Part shown: in pieces, positions 11,101 through 24,014 of the stretch | Layout: each line of letters starts with the position of its first letter | Numbering within the stretch: the stretch's first letter is position 1 | From: Macrostomum hystrix | Lineage: Eukaryota > Animalia > Platyhelminthes | Assembly (NCBI GenBank): GCA_950097015.1 | Contig: CATNEN010000014.1 | Coordinates: 2,294,001 to 2,358,000, forward strand | Length of the DNA stretch: 64,000 bases | Reading direction: 5' to 3' | Notes under the pieces: model-generated | Databases searched by the model: none | What the model was told of the DNA's origin: nothing | The model's input: the letters and a program-made list of their open reading frames with translations, nothing else | Translations under genes and position numbers: made by a program

Positions 11101-13677
11101 ACTACCATAGCCTGAACTCCTGGACTACAAAAGCCTGAACTCCTGAACTACGAAAGCCTGAACTCCTGAACTACCAAAGCCTGAACTCCTGAACTACAAA
11201 AGCCTGAACTCCTAAACTACAAAAGCTTGAACTCCTGAACTACCAAAGCCTGAACTCCTAAACTACAAAAGCTTGAACTCCTGAACTACCAAAGCCTGAA
11301 CTCTTGAACTACAAAAGCCTGAACTCTTGAACTACAAAAGCCTGAACTCCTGAACTACACAAGCCTGAACTCCTGAACTACAAAAGCTTGAACTCCTGAA
11401 CTACCAAAGCCTGAACTCCTAAACTACAAAAGCTTGAACTCCTGAACTACCAAAGCCTGAACTCCTAAACTACAAAAGCTTGAACTCCTGAACTACCAAA
11501 GCCTGAACCCCTGAACTACGAAAGCCTGAACTCCTGAACTACCAAAGCCTGAACTCCTAAACTACAAAAGCTTGAACTCCTGAACTACACAAGCCTGAAC
11601 TCCTGAACTACAAAAGCCTGAACTCCTGAACTACAAAAGCCTGAACTCCTGGACTTCAAAAACCTGAACTCCTGAACTACCATAGCCTGAACTCCTGGAC
11701 TACAAAAGCCTGAACTCCTGAACTACCATAGCCTGAACTCCTGAACTACACAAGCCTGAACTCCTGAACTACAAAAGCCTGAACTCCTGGACTTCAAAAA
11801 CCTGAACTCCTGAACTACCATAGCCTGAACTCCTGGACTACAAAAGCCTGAACTCCTGAACTACCATAGCCTGAACTCCTGGACTACAAAAGCCTGAACT
11901 CCTGAACTACAAAAGCCTGAACTCCTGAACTACAAAAGCCTGAACTCCTGAACTACAAAAGCTTGAACTCCTGGACTAAAAAAGCCTGAACTCCTGAACT
12001 ACAAAAGCCTGAACTCCTGAACTACAAAAGCCTGAACTCCTGAACTACAAAAGCCTGAACTCCTGAACTACAAAAGCCTGAACTCCTGAACTACAAAAGC
12101 CTGAACTCCTGAACTACAAAAGCCTGAACTCCTGAACTACAAAAGCCTGAACTCCTGAACTACAAAAGCCTGAACTCCTGAACTACAAAAGCCTGAACTC
12201 CTGAACTACAAAAGCCTGAACTCCTGAACTACAAAAGCCTGAACTCCTGAACTACAAAAGCCTGAACTCCTGAACTACAAAAGCCTGAACTCCTGAACTA
12301 CAAAAGCCTGAACTCCTGAACTACAAAAGCCTGAACTCCTGAACTACAAAGCCTGAACTCCTGAACTACAAAAGCCTGAACTCCTGAACTACAAAAGCCT
12401 GAACTCCTGGACTTCAAAAACCTGAACTCCTGAACTACCATAGCCTGAACTCCTGGACTACAAAAGCCTGAACTCCTGAACTACCATAGCCTGAACTCCT
12501 GAACTACACAAGCCTGAACTCCTGAACTACAAAAGCCTGAACTCTTGAACTACAAAAGCCTGAACTCCTGAACTACACAAGCCTGAACTCCTGAACTACA
12601 AAAGCCTGAACTCCTGAACTACAAAAGCCTGAACTCCTGGACTTCAAAAACCTGAACTCCTGAACTACCATAGCCTGAACTCCTGGACTACAAAAGCCTG
12701 AACTCCTAAACTACCATAGCCTGAACTCCTGAACTACACAAGCCTGAACTCCTGAACTACAAAAGCCTGAACTCCTGGACTTCAAAAACCTGAACTCCTG
12801 AACTACCATAGCCTGAACTCCTGGACTACAAAAGCCTGAACTCCTGAACTACCATAGCCTGAACTCCTGGACTACAAAAGCCTGAACTCCTGAACTACCA
12901 TAGCCTGAACTCCTGGACTACAAAAGCCTGAACTCCTGGACTACAAAAGCCTGAACTCCTGAACTACAAAAGCCTGAACTCCTGAACTACAAAAGCCTGA
13001 ACTCCTGAACTACAAAAGCTTGAACTCCTGGACTAAAAAAGCCTGAACTCCTGAACTACAAAAGCCTGAACTCCTGAACTACAAAAGCCTGAACTCCTGA
13101 ACTACAAAAGCCTGAACTCCTGAACTACAAAAGCCTGAACTCCTGAACTACAAAAGCCTGAACTCCTGAACTACAAAAGCCTGAACTCCTGAACTACAAA
13201 AGCCTGAACTCCTGAACTACAAAAGCCTGAACTCCTGAACTACAAAAGCCTGAACTCCTGAACTACAAAAGCCTGAACTCCTGAACTACAAAAGCCTGAA
13301 CTCCTGAACTACAAAAGCCTGAACTCCTGAACTACAAAAGCCTGAACTCCTGAACTACAAAAGCCTGAACTCCTGAACTACAAAAGCCTGAACTCCTGAA
13401 CTACAAAAGCCTGAACTCCTGAACTACCAAAGCCTGAACTCCTGAACTAAAAAAGCCTGAACTCCTGAACTACAAAAGCCTGAACTCGTTAACTACAAAA
13501 GCCTGAACTCCTGAACTACAAAAGCCTGAACTCCTGAACTACAAAAGCCTGAACTCCTGAACTACAAAAGCCTGAACTCCTGAACTACAAAAGCCTGAAC
13601 TCCTGAACTACAAAAGCCTGAACTCCTGAACTACAAAAGCCTGAACTCCTGAACTACAAAAGCCTGAACTCCTGAAT
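8152..13677. repeat. 5.5-kb satellite of a 23-bp unit (CCTGAACTCCTGAACTACAAAAG), ~240 copies, with higher-order structure
   Basis: Directly visible; diagnostic variants recur at a 2161-bp offset. Confidence 0.97.
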
Positions 13678-14211
13678 TAATCTCTCAAGTTCTAAACCAC
13701 AATTAAATATCAAAGTCAGCACAAAGTCAACAGACCTGACAAAACTATTCAGTCAAAACATGATTATTATATGCTTCAGCTCAAGCGCCAATGAAAGTCA
13801 AACAAGCGACACGCAAGACTCGATTGAGTGATGCCTGGATCAACCAGCTTCCAGCCGGAGCCCCAGTGACTGATGTGGCCTACAAATTGCTTTTCCTATG
13901 TTAATCCCAGGCTCGCGAGTCAGTTTTTTGTTTGATAGTCGGGGCAGGAATATGAATCTAGCCCGTGACATTGCTGCAAATCTAATACAATGCCCCATCT
14001 GGAATCAAACTGAGTGTGAAATTCGATTTCATAGAAAATATGAACCGGCTATAAAGCTAATCAAATTCTAAATAAAGTTAATTATTGCAACCTTCGGCAT
14101 AGAGAATTCATTTCAAATGCTTTTGAATTTCTGAGGTTTGCTGTAATTAAATTAGCAAATTTTATCGAGATTAAATTTCAGCAATTTTATAAATTAAAAA
14201 ATAGAATATTT

Positions 14212-14597
14212 TTTTGCCTTTGAACAACTGAACCGATAATCGCGAACTGAATTTGATTGGCTGATAGGCTTAGTCACGTGATTTGGTTGAAGTCGCTTAA
14301 ATTAAGTAGGGTTATTACGCAAGGGACTTTCTAAAAATAGCCATGACTCAGCCCATTCCTGAAATTAAAACAGGGACTTTATCTTAGCAATTTAGTAGGC
14401 ATGATTTTGCCTTTGAACAACTGAACCGATAATCGCGAACTGAATTTGATTGGCTGATAGGCTTAGTCACGTGATTTGGTTGAAGTCGCTTAAATTAAGT
14501 AGGGTTATTACGCAAGGGACTTTCTAAAAATAGCCATGACTCAGCCCATTCCTGAAATTAAAACAGGGACTTTATCTTTGCAATTTAGTAGGCATGA
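14212..14597. repeat. Near-perfect 193-bp tandem duplication (2 copies) rich in transcription-factor-like motifs
   Basis: 14212-14404 vs 14405-14597; only one difference noticed (TTAGCAA/TTTGCAA). Confidence 0.9.
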
Positions 14598-14602
14598 ACG
14601 CT

Positions 14603-14880
14603 AGGGGGTCGGTGGCTAACCGGTTAATGCGTTTGCCTCTCGCACCAAGGTCCCTAAGTTCGATTCCACGACGAGGCCACATTGATTTGTTGCGCAGCCG
14701 CTGAGATAAGGCTTTGGGGGCTTGTCGTGCAATTTACGCCCTTGAGGGCCAACCTCCAAAGCACAGTGAAATGTACACTGCCTGATGATGAGAAAGTCAG
14801 GGCAGATGTACACACCTGTGTGAGCGTGTGCCTGCGTACAGTATCTGTGTGCGTGTGTGCTCAGGAGCCAGCGAAAATGC
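14603..14880 (+). mobile_element. SINE family A, near full-length (tRNA-like head)
   Basis: A-box-like TGGCTAACCGG, B-box GTTCGATTCC, conserved body and TG-rich 3' part. Confidence 0.85.
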
Positions 14881-15596
14881 CTCCATGCATGAAGGCTTTT
14901 TTAACAGGCCTGATTAACCTGGGAAGCTGATAGCGGAGTTCCTTTTTATTAGTGCAACTGTCCGCGACAAATTGAAATTCATTTTATCCTTATTTTTTCC
15001 CCCGTGGATTGACCTTAGCTCTTTTAATTAGCTGCCCGACTTGGGGATCTGGGATCTGAGGGCCGTTAATCTCAAGCAATCTCAAACAATGCCCTTTGAT
15101 CTCGCAGCTGCTGCTGTTTCGCATGGACGGCCTCCTAAAGCCGAGGGCGCAGATTTGTCGCTAAGCAACAGTCTTTGAAGTGGAAATCTTGTTCTCTAGT
15201 TGTTTGATACTCGTTCAGTTTTTCGCCAGCTTCTCTGAGCCTCGGATCAGCCAGCCGAGACCCCCAAGATCAGTTTGCGGTCGGCGTTTCCAGAACCGGA
15301 CGGGGCTGACCTAGGAAGCGGAGAATTCTACAAAGTTTACACAAACTCTCTGTGGTCAGTGAATTTTTTCCGAGCCTCCTAAACATTCTGGCCCAGCTGC
15401 ATCTGGCAGGTGGCCCCTCTGCACTGACCGAAAAACTCTGATTTTTGCCTGCCTCTTCACTTTGGCCAGCGAAGGCTTCCAGAAAAAAACTGTTGCATTG
15501 CAAGATCTACAAGCCTCCTAAGCTTTGCCTTAAATACACTGCCCCTGACAGTCACTGCCGCCCTCCTGCCCTTCTCTGAACTCGCTCTTCCTCTGC

Positions 15597-15768
15597 TTGC
15601 ATCTCTTCCTGTCCCTGCATCTCTTCCTGTCCCTGCATCTCTTCCAATCCCTGCATCTCTTCCAATCCCTGCATCTCTTCCAATCCCTGCATCTCTTCCA
15701 ATCCCTGCATCTCTTCCAATCCCTGCATCTCTTCCAATCCCTGCATCTCTTCCAATCCCTGCATCTCA
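15597..15768. repeat. 18-bp minisatellite (CTGCATCTCTTCCAATCC), ~9 copies
   Basis: Directly visible. Confidence 0.9.
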
Positions 15769-16892
15769 CCCTCAGTAATTTCCTCGCTCAAAGCCTTCAA
15801 GCTCTGACTCCGCATTCTCTGCTTGTCTTTAGATGAACCGCAAAATAATTTTGCTGCTCAAATCGATTGGTCTCTGTAAAAGAGCACATTGGAGTATTGT
15901 TTTGAGTCTAACAGTTCTATAACCGGCCTGTTGTTACTCGATGTTCAGTCACAATGCCCAAGCCGGTGCAACAATAGAAGAACAAAAATAAAGCTACGAT
16001 AGCAATACAATAGTGATTTGTGTTAAGCTCGTACTCGTACATTGTCTATCTCTACCGATCATTCAACCGCGAATAGCATGACAGAGTAGAAGGAATTCCA
16101 AAGCATTTGAATGTACTTTTACTGGCGCATTATCTCAGTTATGGAGAAGAATTATTCAACAGGAGGAATTGCGCGACTTCCCGATGCTGGGAGAGCACAA
16201 AACGAAGATAATAAGATTCGGGACTTCAACGGCTGTCACGCGAGGATCGAGTGAGTTCTGTCTCCTGTCTGGAAAATATCAGTCTCTCTTATATTTGAGC
16301 TGCTTATAGCTGAGTTGTGACGTCACGGCGGGTCGTGAAGATGTATTTCCTAGAAATAGTGAGAGATGAGGAACAGCAATATCCGGAAGGCTATGGGTCG
16401 CTGTGTACGAGAGCACGAACTCAAGTCTATATAGACTGAGTGGCTTGCAATGTGGGTCATTCAAAAATACCCGGCTGCTAAAAGTGCACGCAGCATTGCT
16501 GGGCGCCTGTTGTAGTTGAGGCTTATCTCAACTGATATGTTGCTGGACTCGAGTACGATTGGGGAGATTTGCCCGAGGCTGTGTGACAGTTGGTGTTCCG
16601 CGGCAATCGCCTGCTCAGCCCAAATCCTTAGAATTTTACTCCGAATGGCCGGTCGGATAATCCCCGACAGAGATTGACAGGCGGCGGCGGTGGGAGCCAC
16701 TGACGCAAGGGGCAGATTCACAAACAAATGGCTAAGGCTGAACTTCTAGGCAAAGCCAAGCGAAAGTCAAGTGCGGCGCTAAATTCAAGATTGACTGGCT
16801 GCAAACCAACAGACAGCAATGGGCTGGGACAATTAAGGATGCCGGGGACAGACAACTGCAAAGCTGTTCTTCTGCCAAATGACATAAAAATC

Positions 16893-18543
16893 ATGAATTT
16901 GGGGGTTCGCCCCCATGGATTTGGGGGGGGGGCGGGTGCCACCAAGAATTTTGTGGGGGAGTGCTACCTTGAATTTGGGGGGTGGGTGCCGCTATGAATT
17001 TGGGGGGTGGGTGCCACTATGAATTTGGCGGTGGGTGCCGCTATGAATTTGAGGGTGGGTGCCACCATGAATTTGAAGGGTGAGTGCCACCATGAATTTG
17101 AAGGGTGAGTGCCACCATGAATTTGAAGGGTGAGGGCCACCATGAATTTGGGGGGAGGTGGGTGCCACTATGAATTTGGGGGGGACGGGTGCCACCATGA
17201 ATTTGAAGGGTGAGTGCCACCATGAAGTTGAAGTGTGAGTGCCACCATGAATTTGAAGGGTGAGTGCCACCATGAATTTGAAGGGTGAGTGCCACCATGA
17301 ATTTGGGGGGAGGTGGGTGCCACCATGAATTTTGTTGGGGAGTGCTACCTTGAATTTGGGGGGTGGGTGCCGCTATGAATTTGGGGGGTGGGTGCCACTA
17401 TGAATTTGGGGGGTGGGTGCCACCATGAATTTGAAGGGTGAGTGCCACCATGAATTTGGGGGGGGATGAGTGCCACTATGAATTTTTTGGGAAGGGTGCC
17501 ACCATGACTTTGGGGGGAGGTGGGTGCCACCATAAATTTGAAGTGTGAGTGCCACCATGAATTTTAAGGGTGAGTGCCACCATGAATTTGGGGGTGGGAT
17601 GAGTGCCACTATGAATTTTTGGGGAGGGTGCCACCATGACTTTGGGGGGAGGTGGGTGCCACCATACATTTGAAGTGTGAGTGCCACCATGAATTTGAAG
17701 GGTGAGTGCGACCATGAAGTTGAAGTGTGAGTGCCACCATAAATTTGAAGGGTGAGTGCCACCATGAATTTGAAGGGTGAGTGCCACCATGAATTTGGGG
17801 GGTGGTGGGTGCCACCATGAATTTTGTTGGGGAGTGCTACCTTGAATTTGGGGGGTGGGTGCCGCTATGAATTTGGGGGGTGGGTGCCACCATGAATTTG
17901 GGGGGGGTGAGTGCCAATATGAATTTGGGGGGTGGGTGCCGCTATGAATTTGGGGGTGGGTGTCACTATGAATTTGGGGGGGGTGAGTGCCACTATGAAT
18001 TTTTGGGGTGGGTGCCACCATGAATTTGGGGGGAGGTGGGTGCCACCATGAATTTGAAGGGTGAGTGCCACCATAAATTAGAAGTGTGAGTGCCACCTTG
18101 AATTTGAAGGGTGAGTGCCACCATGAATTTGAAGGGTGAGTGCCACCATGAATTTGAAGGGTGAGTGCCACCATGAATTTGGGGGGAGGTGGGTGCCACT
18201 ATGAATTTGGGGGGGGGTGAGTGCCACTATGAATTTGGGGGGTGGGTGCCGCTATGATTTTGGGGGTGGGTGCCGCTATGAATTTGGGGGGTGGGTGTCA
18301 CTATGAATTTGGGGGGGTGAGTGCCACTATGAATTTTTGGGGTGGGTGCCACCATGAATTTGGGGGGAGGTGGGTGCCACCATGAATTTGAAGGGTGAGT
18401 GCCACCATGAATTTGAAGGGTGAGTGCCACCATGAATTTGAAGGGTGAGTGCCACCATGAATTTGAAGGGTGAGGGCCACCATGAATTTGGGGGGAGGTG
18501 GGTGCCACTATGAATTTGGAGGGTGGGGGCCACCATGAATTTG
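16893..18543. repeat. G-rich variable minisatellite (~22-25 bp; core GTGCCACCATGAATTTG plus a G-run or AAGGGTGA)
   Basis: Directly visible, with two alternating unit classes. Confidence 0.95.
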
Positions 18544-19473
18544 GCTCATCCAGCCGGGGATAGTTCAGAGTAATCAATAATCAAATCAATTCACGAATCC
18601 ATTAAATAGGCTTTTTCCATCTTACAGGTAAAATAAAAAAAAACAGACGAGCCTTTAGCCGCAGATGCGATGAGTTTGGGACTATAATCACAGCCCTAAT
18701 CTAACTAGGGTTCTCACGGGCTCAGGTGCAGTAGCACGGCACTAATTACTCTGAAAAAACTCTGCAGAAAAAGCTGATTTGAGGATTTTGAAGCAGCAAT
18801 TTTAGAAACTATATTTATGGAAATAGGAAGTGTGAGTGGGACTTGTGAGTGAGTGAAATGTGTCCATTCTTCTTCAGTTTCATGCCAGCACTTTCTTTGC
18901 GCTATACGCGAGCGTGTAGTAACCAGGGGGATAATTTTCGGGCCCTGGGATATCTTTGTTTAGCAGTGTGCAATCTGCGAAGTCAGGGGGAATGTCAGTT
19001 TATGAGGCACACAATGGCTTTGCCTGCGCATTATTATTAATTTGACTCGCAGCCGCAGTCATACTTTTGCTTTCATATTTCTGTTTTTCCCCTTTATCCT
19101 GGAATCCAGGTACCGTTAATTAAGGGATTCAGATTAATATTTAACGGCAGTGATAGGGAATAGAATTGCAGATTTACAACTGTACGGTCCATTACCTGTA
19201 GGCTCCTAGACCCACACAAAGCTTTTCCCTAGCTGATGCTGGTACCCATTGTGCCGCCCGGTAAAGTTAAGACAATTGGCAATGGAATGACTTGCTGAAA
19301 AATTAACTTATTTTTATTTCACTGTTATTCGAAAAAAACTTTCAGAATAACAAAACAATCGCTGAGATATTCAACAATTCTCGTCAGGGCGTCTGCAGAC
19401 CACCAGCATAGCACAATTTGTTTGCTCACTAACTTTCATAATGTTAACAATGTCGGCTATTGTTGTTGGGATT

Positions 19474-20153
19474 ATATTGTTAATTGTTATATTGTTAATT
19501 GTTTAATTGTTAATTGTTATATTGCTAATTGTTATATTTTTAATTGTTATATTGTTAACTGTTATATTGTTAGTTGTTTTATTGTTAATTGTTATCTTGT
19601 TAATTGTTATATATTTTTAATTGTTATATTTTTAATTGTTATATTGTTAATTGTTATATTGTTAATTGTCTAATTGTTAATTGTTATATTGCTAATTGTT
19701 ATATTTTTAATTGTTATCTTGTTAATTGTTTTATTGTTAATTGTTATATTGTAAATTGTTATCTCGCTAATTGTTATATTGTTAGTTGTTATCTTGTTAA
19801 TTGTTTTATTGTTAATTGTTATATTGTTAATTGTTATCTCGCTAATTGTTATATTGTTAGTTGTTATCTTGTTAATTGTTTTATTGTTAATTGTTATCTT
19901 GTTAATTTTTATCTTGTTAATTGTTATCTTGTTAATTGTTTTATTGTTAATTGTTTTATTGTTAATTGTTATATTGTTAATTGTTATCTCGCTAATTGTT
20001 ATATTGTTAGTTGTTATCTTGTTAATTGTTTTATTGTTAATTGTTATCTTGTTAATTGTTATCTTGTTAATTGTTATCTTGTTAATTGTTTTATTGTTAA
20101 TTGTTATATTGTTAATTGTTATATTGTTAGTTGTTATATTGTTAGTTGTTTTA
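19474..20153. repeat. 15-bp AT-rich minisatellite (TTGTTAATTGTTATA variants)
   Basis: Directly visible. Confidence 0.95.
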
Positions 20154-20890
20154 TAATTGACCCAATAAACATGTGCCATGGAGGTTTCTACAGGGCATGT
20201 TCGTTGTGCCTGTCATCAGGCTCTTCGACAATAATCGCTGAGTTTCTCGACGATGCTGACCTCATACGAGTGTCATACGTACGCTCAGCAATGTACGGTT
20301 TTAAAAACAAGTTCATCGTTAAGTGCTTACATTTTTTATTCATTTGGTGGACTTTCACGAAAATCGGTCATTCGATTTCGGAGCTATCGTGAAGTAGGGC
20401 TGTGGGTATTTGAAACACCACCGTTGTCGCTCGATCCTTAGGGAAAAATAGCGTGCTATAGACAAGCCGTATCGTGATTTGCAATCAGCCGTATATCCAT
20501 TCACGGCTGCGCTGGAAACAAATGCGGCCTCGCTGCGGATTCTCAGGCTATGGAGCCTTGGTAGGAACGTGGGACGCTTAACCAGCTTGTCGATCAACTC
20601 ACCCTGCTATTCATAATTGCAAGCTAATGCTAGCAAGAAACAGGCAGCTAATATTTCATGTCTGAAGAAACTAAAAAAGCATCTATTCAAGATTTGTCTA
20701 ATTAATTATTAACAGCTTGTAAAGCGAGCTTCAGTTCTCGGTGCATTGTTCGAAGCGAGAATTTGCGGGCTTCATGAATTGTCAACTGCGACAGCTGTTA
20801 GGATGTCTTCGGCCTCGATAAGGAGGACATTGCAGGCGAGTCTCGGTCCTCCAAGCGAGCCTATTGGCGGGATCCGATGACTATTAAAAA

Positions 20891-21203
20891 TCAATCGATT
20901 GCCGTCTCCAGCACCGGGCCGGTGGTTTCCATACCAACGTAGTCTCCAAGACCGTCGCTAAGGCAGCCTTCGAAATCGTCGTCTGCGGCGCCAGCAGCGG
21001 CGCCTGTGGCCGCGGTGGCCGCCGTGGCTGTCAGCGGCTCCGTCTCTCGCCTGCTGGTGGCCGGGTCCGTGACGCCGGCTCGAAGATTTGCCGACCTGAG
21101 GGCGAAGATTTCGCCGCCCCGACCGCGCCCGGTGTTTCCGGCCCCGCCGGCGCCGCGATTTCGACGACCTCCGAGGAAGCCAGCAGCGTTTCCGCCGTTG
21201 CCC

Positions 21204-21235
<32 letters not shown>

Positions 21236-22219
21236 TCCGTCGCTGCAGCCGGCCTGAGCCAGCAGGCCGCCGAGTCCAGTGCGGAACGAGTCGTTGAGAA
21301 AGGCGTAGAGCACTGGATTTCCGGCGCTGCCAATGTAGCTCAGCAGAGTTGTCAGGTGCGACGTCTGAGCCATCCAGGACGCGGGCTCGTCCATGGACAG
21401 CACCAGGTTGACGTGCACCCAGTGCGGCAGAGAGCATGCTAGGTAGAACACCACCACCGCTGTCACTAGCAGAGTGACTCGCTCGAATCTTGCGGCTGCT
21501 CCACCGCCGCCGCTGCCGCCTCCAGGGCCGCCGCTGCTGGCCGCTCTGGCCTGCCGGAGTCGATAAAGCTTGCGCAAGATCAGGCCATAGAAACCGCCTA
21601 GCAACAGGGCGGGCAGCAAACAGCCGACCACAAACAGGTAACGGCTGAAGTGCTCGGGCTTGAGGAAGAACCGCCGGAGCGGAGATCCCGACGCCAGGGT
21701 GCCGTTCTCCTCGGCGCTGCTGTGGACGCAGAAGTTGACGGTCGCGTTGAGCGCATCCGAGTGCACTGAGTACAGGTGGGAGCAGAGGCCGACTGGCGCC
21801 ATGATCAGGGCGCTGAGCAGCCACAGAATGACGAGAAGCCCGGCTGCGAAGCGGTGACTGCGGTACCTTTCAGAGGAGAAGGGTGACACCACGGCCTTGT
21901 AGCGATCGAAGCCCATGGCGACTATGACGAATATGCTGACGGTCCAGTTGATGTAGTACAGCAGGAAGTAGACTGTGCAGGCGGCTTCGCCCCAAGGCCA
22001 GCTACCCACCAGACTCAAGTGGATCAGCGGCGGCACTGACATCAGGTGAAGAATGTCAGCCACGGCCAGGTTCACCAAGTACACGTTGATCACAGTGTGG
22101 GCAGCTTTCTGGGTGAGCACCACGGCGAGAACGAGCAGGTTGCCCACAATGCCGAGGGCGAACACGCAGCCCAGGGCCGCGTTGTACACCAGCATGAAGC
22201 TGCGACTGATCGAAAACAT
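20891..22219 (-). CDS. Rhodopsin-family peptide GPCR, somatostatin/allatostatin-C/opioid-receptor-like, intronless (~442 aa)
   Basis: GN in TM1, NLAVAD in TM2, WPWG..C, DRY, CSLPHW in TM6, NPVLY in TM7; Gly/Ala-rich ICL3 and tail. First ATG is at 22219 (the track starts at an upstream GTG). Confidence 0.92.
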
Positions 22220-23638
22220 CACCGGGCGGGCCTCGGCTTGACTGGCTCGATCTCAGCAGGTGTCACCAATTTCTTGGATTTGTTGCACAAGAGTTTAGCT
22301 GGCTTAAACAGCTGGATTACGGTCGTCTCACTTTCTAATGTGAGTCTTGCTTAACAAAACTTCTCGGACGCTGTCACAATGGTCTGCTCCATTCAGTCGC
22401 AAATGTCGCGAGTCCTTCCGGTTCTGTCTCTGCTTGCTTTCCCGGCTCGCTTGGCGCGCATTGTCCGAGTCTGTCTTGAGGCAGTCAGTTTCTTTTACTC
22501 ATCATCTCCCACTCCCCCCTGTCCCATTGTGTGTTAGCCAATAGCAGCTTTCGCTCCCATTGATATGCATTGCCATTCGTGGAAAAAGCTGTAGGTCGTT
22601 CATGCTGCTGGCTGACTGTCTTATCTACTGATGAGTAGTATTGAGCAAGAGAGCCAACTGGATAATAGGAGAGCAAATTAAAGCACTAATTCTGAATCTG
22701 ATTAAAGTTTGTTTATTCGGCCTAAATTATAGGGCTTCAGAGATTAAAATAACAGCAATAACAGCAGCAGCAGTAGGAAACAGGAAAAGAGAAAATTTGT
22801 TAGAGAAATTTTAATAAGAAAGCTTCAAATATTATAAAATGCTACCTGTTCTCAAAATACGAGCGTATTTTGCTTTTTGTTTATTTTTTCTTATCTGATA
22901 AGAGAGGTTGCCTGGCCACAAGGACACGGACAAGAGATTAATTAACAAGCTCACCTGTCAGCTTGAAGACTTTCAACATCGATCCGGCTGTGGTTCTATT
23001 TCAGTCATTCATTATGAAACAGACTTCATTGCCAGCTCATCTGCGCCTTCTGCCAGACTGCAGTCGGTGGTCCACTGGGCAGCCATCAATTATTTACACA
23101 GCCATCCATCTGGCGATGTTCGTACAGCCCTACTAAGAGGATAAATGTGTTGGAAAAAAGGGAACGGCAGTGTCAAGGGGGAATATTTTCTGATGCTAGA
23201 TTAATTAATGGCCGTGTACATGTGAAACCCGGCAAAGAAGTGACTGGTCATTCTGTGTTTATTAATATTAAATTTTACATAGGGCTGCCATAATGTGTCC
23301 ATTTTCCTAGCTTCTCATCGTGCTTTTCAAGAAATCTACCTGTCTATAATGAAATCTTTTAAACACAAGCAAGTAGGGACTCAAGTTTTGTGTGAATGTA
23401 CATTGTGGAGGGTCCACCGTCACTGACCATCATATCTTCTCTTCTTCCTGAGTACACCGTACTCAAACTCAAGTCTATATTTGCGGTGCTGTGTTAATGC
23501 CTAAACAAGCTTGCCAAGTCTCTGAAACTGAAAGAAGCGAAGATAACCTTGCATTAGCAGTACAGTCCACGACCCCAATGCGACTTGACAGGTCGCATCA
23601 GTAAATTGCAACTTTAATAACAACAGCTTCTCAACCTC

Positions 23639-23693
23639 ATGGGCCAGGGACTCAGCCGGAAGGAGTGCGAAGAGGTTCGCAGGAACTACAGGC
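23639..23693 (+). CDS. NCS/recoverin-like EF-hand protein copy 1, exon 1
   Basis: MGQGLSRKECEEVRRNYR (MGxxxS myristoylation motif); donor C|GTGAGC at 23694. Confidence 0.85.
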
Positions 23694-23824
23694 GTGAGCG
23701 AATGGGGGTTTTGAGTGGGGTCAGGATGAGTTCAGATTGAGAACAGAACCTCAGACTGAGCGCTAACAACTGTAGGAGATACGTTACTGAGGCAGTTATG
23801 GTAGAGGTCAGAGAGAAAATAAGA

Positions 23825-23950
23825 GAGGAAGGGAGAGAGGAAGGGAGAGAGGAAGGGAGAGAGGAGAGAGGAAGGGAGAGAGGAGAAGGTTGAGAGGAAG
23901 GGAGAGAGGAGAGAGGAAGGGAGAGAGGAAGGTAGAGGGGAAGGGAGAGA
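23825..23950. repeat. GA-rich low-complexity repeat in intron 1 of NCS copy 1
   Basis: GAGAGGAAGGGA units. Confidence 0.85.
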
Positions 23951-24014
23951 GGATGGTCAATCGCACACAGGTGAGCCCAGGCTCTATGGCAACCGACACC
24001 CGCCCGCCTGTCAG

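Noticed and set aside
15180-15840. Coiled-coil-like (EEMQGL)n and LGQPRPVL segments as a LINE ORF1 or a gene
   Set aside because: The frames are broken by stops, the repeat explains the ORF, and no motif is strong enough to call.
16440-16997. ORFs 16461-16727 and 16728-16997
   Set aside because: No domain recognised; the second simply runs into the G-rich array.
17041-20392. Long ORFs in arrays (also 4732-5188, 6366-6911, 42884-43358, 44980-45548, 51617-52213, 54143-55350, 61881-62840)
   Set aside because: Artefacts of stop-free repeat units, open in several frames at once.
20958-21857. Alternative-frame and antisense ORFs over GC-rich genes (also 2517-3236, 42121-42846, 46914-47411, 55441-56409)
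   Set aside because: Shadows of real CDSs on the other frame or strand.
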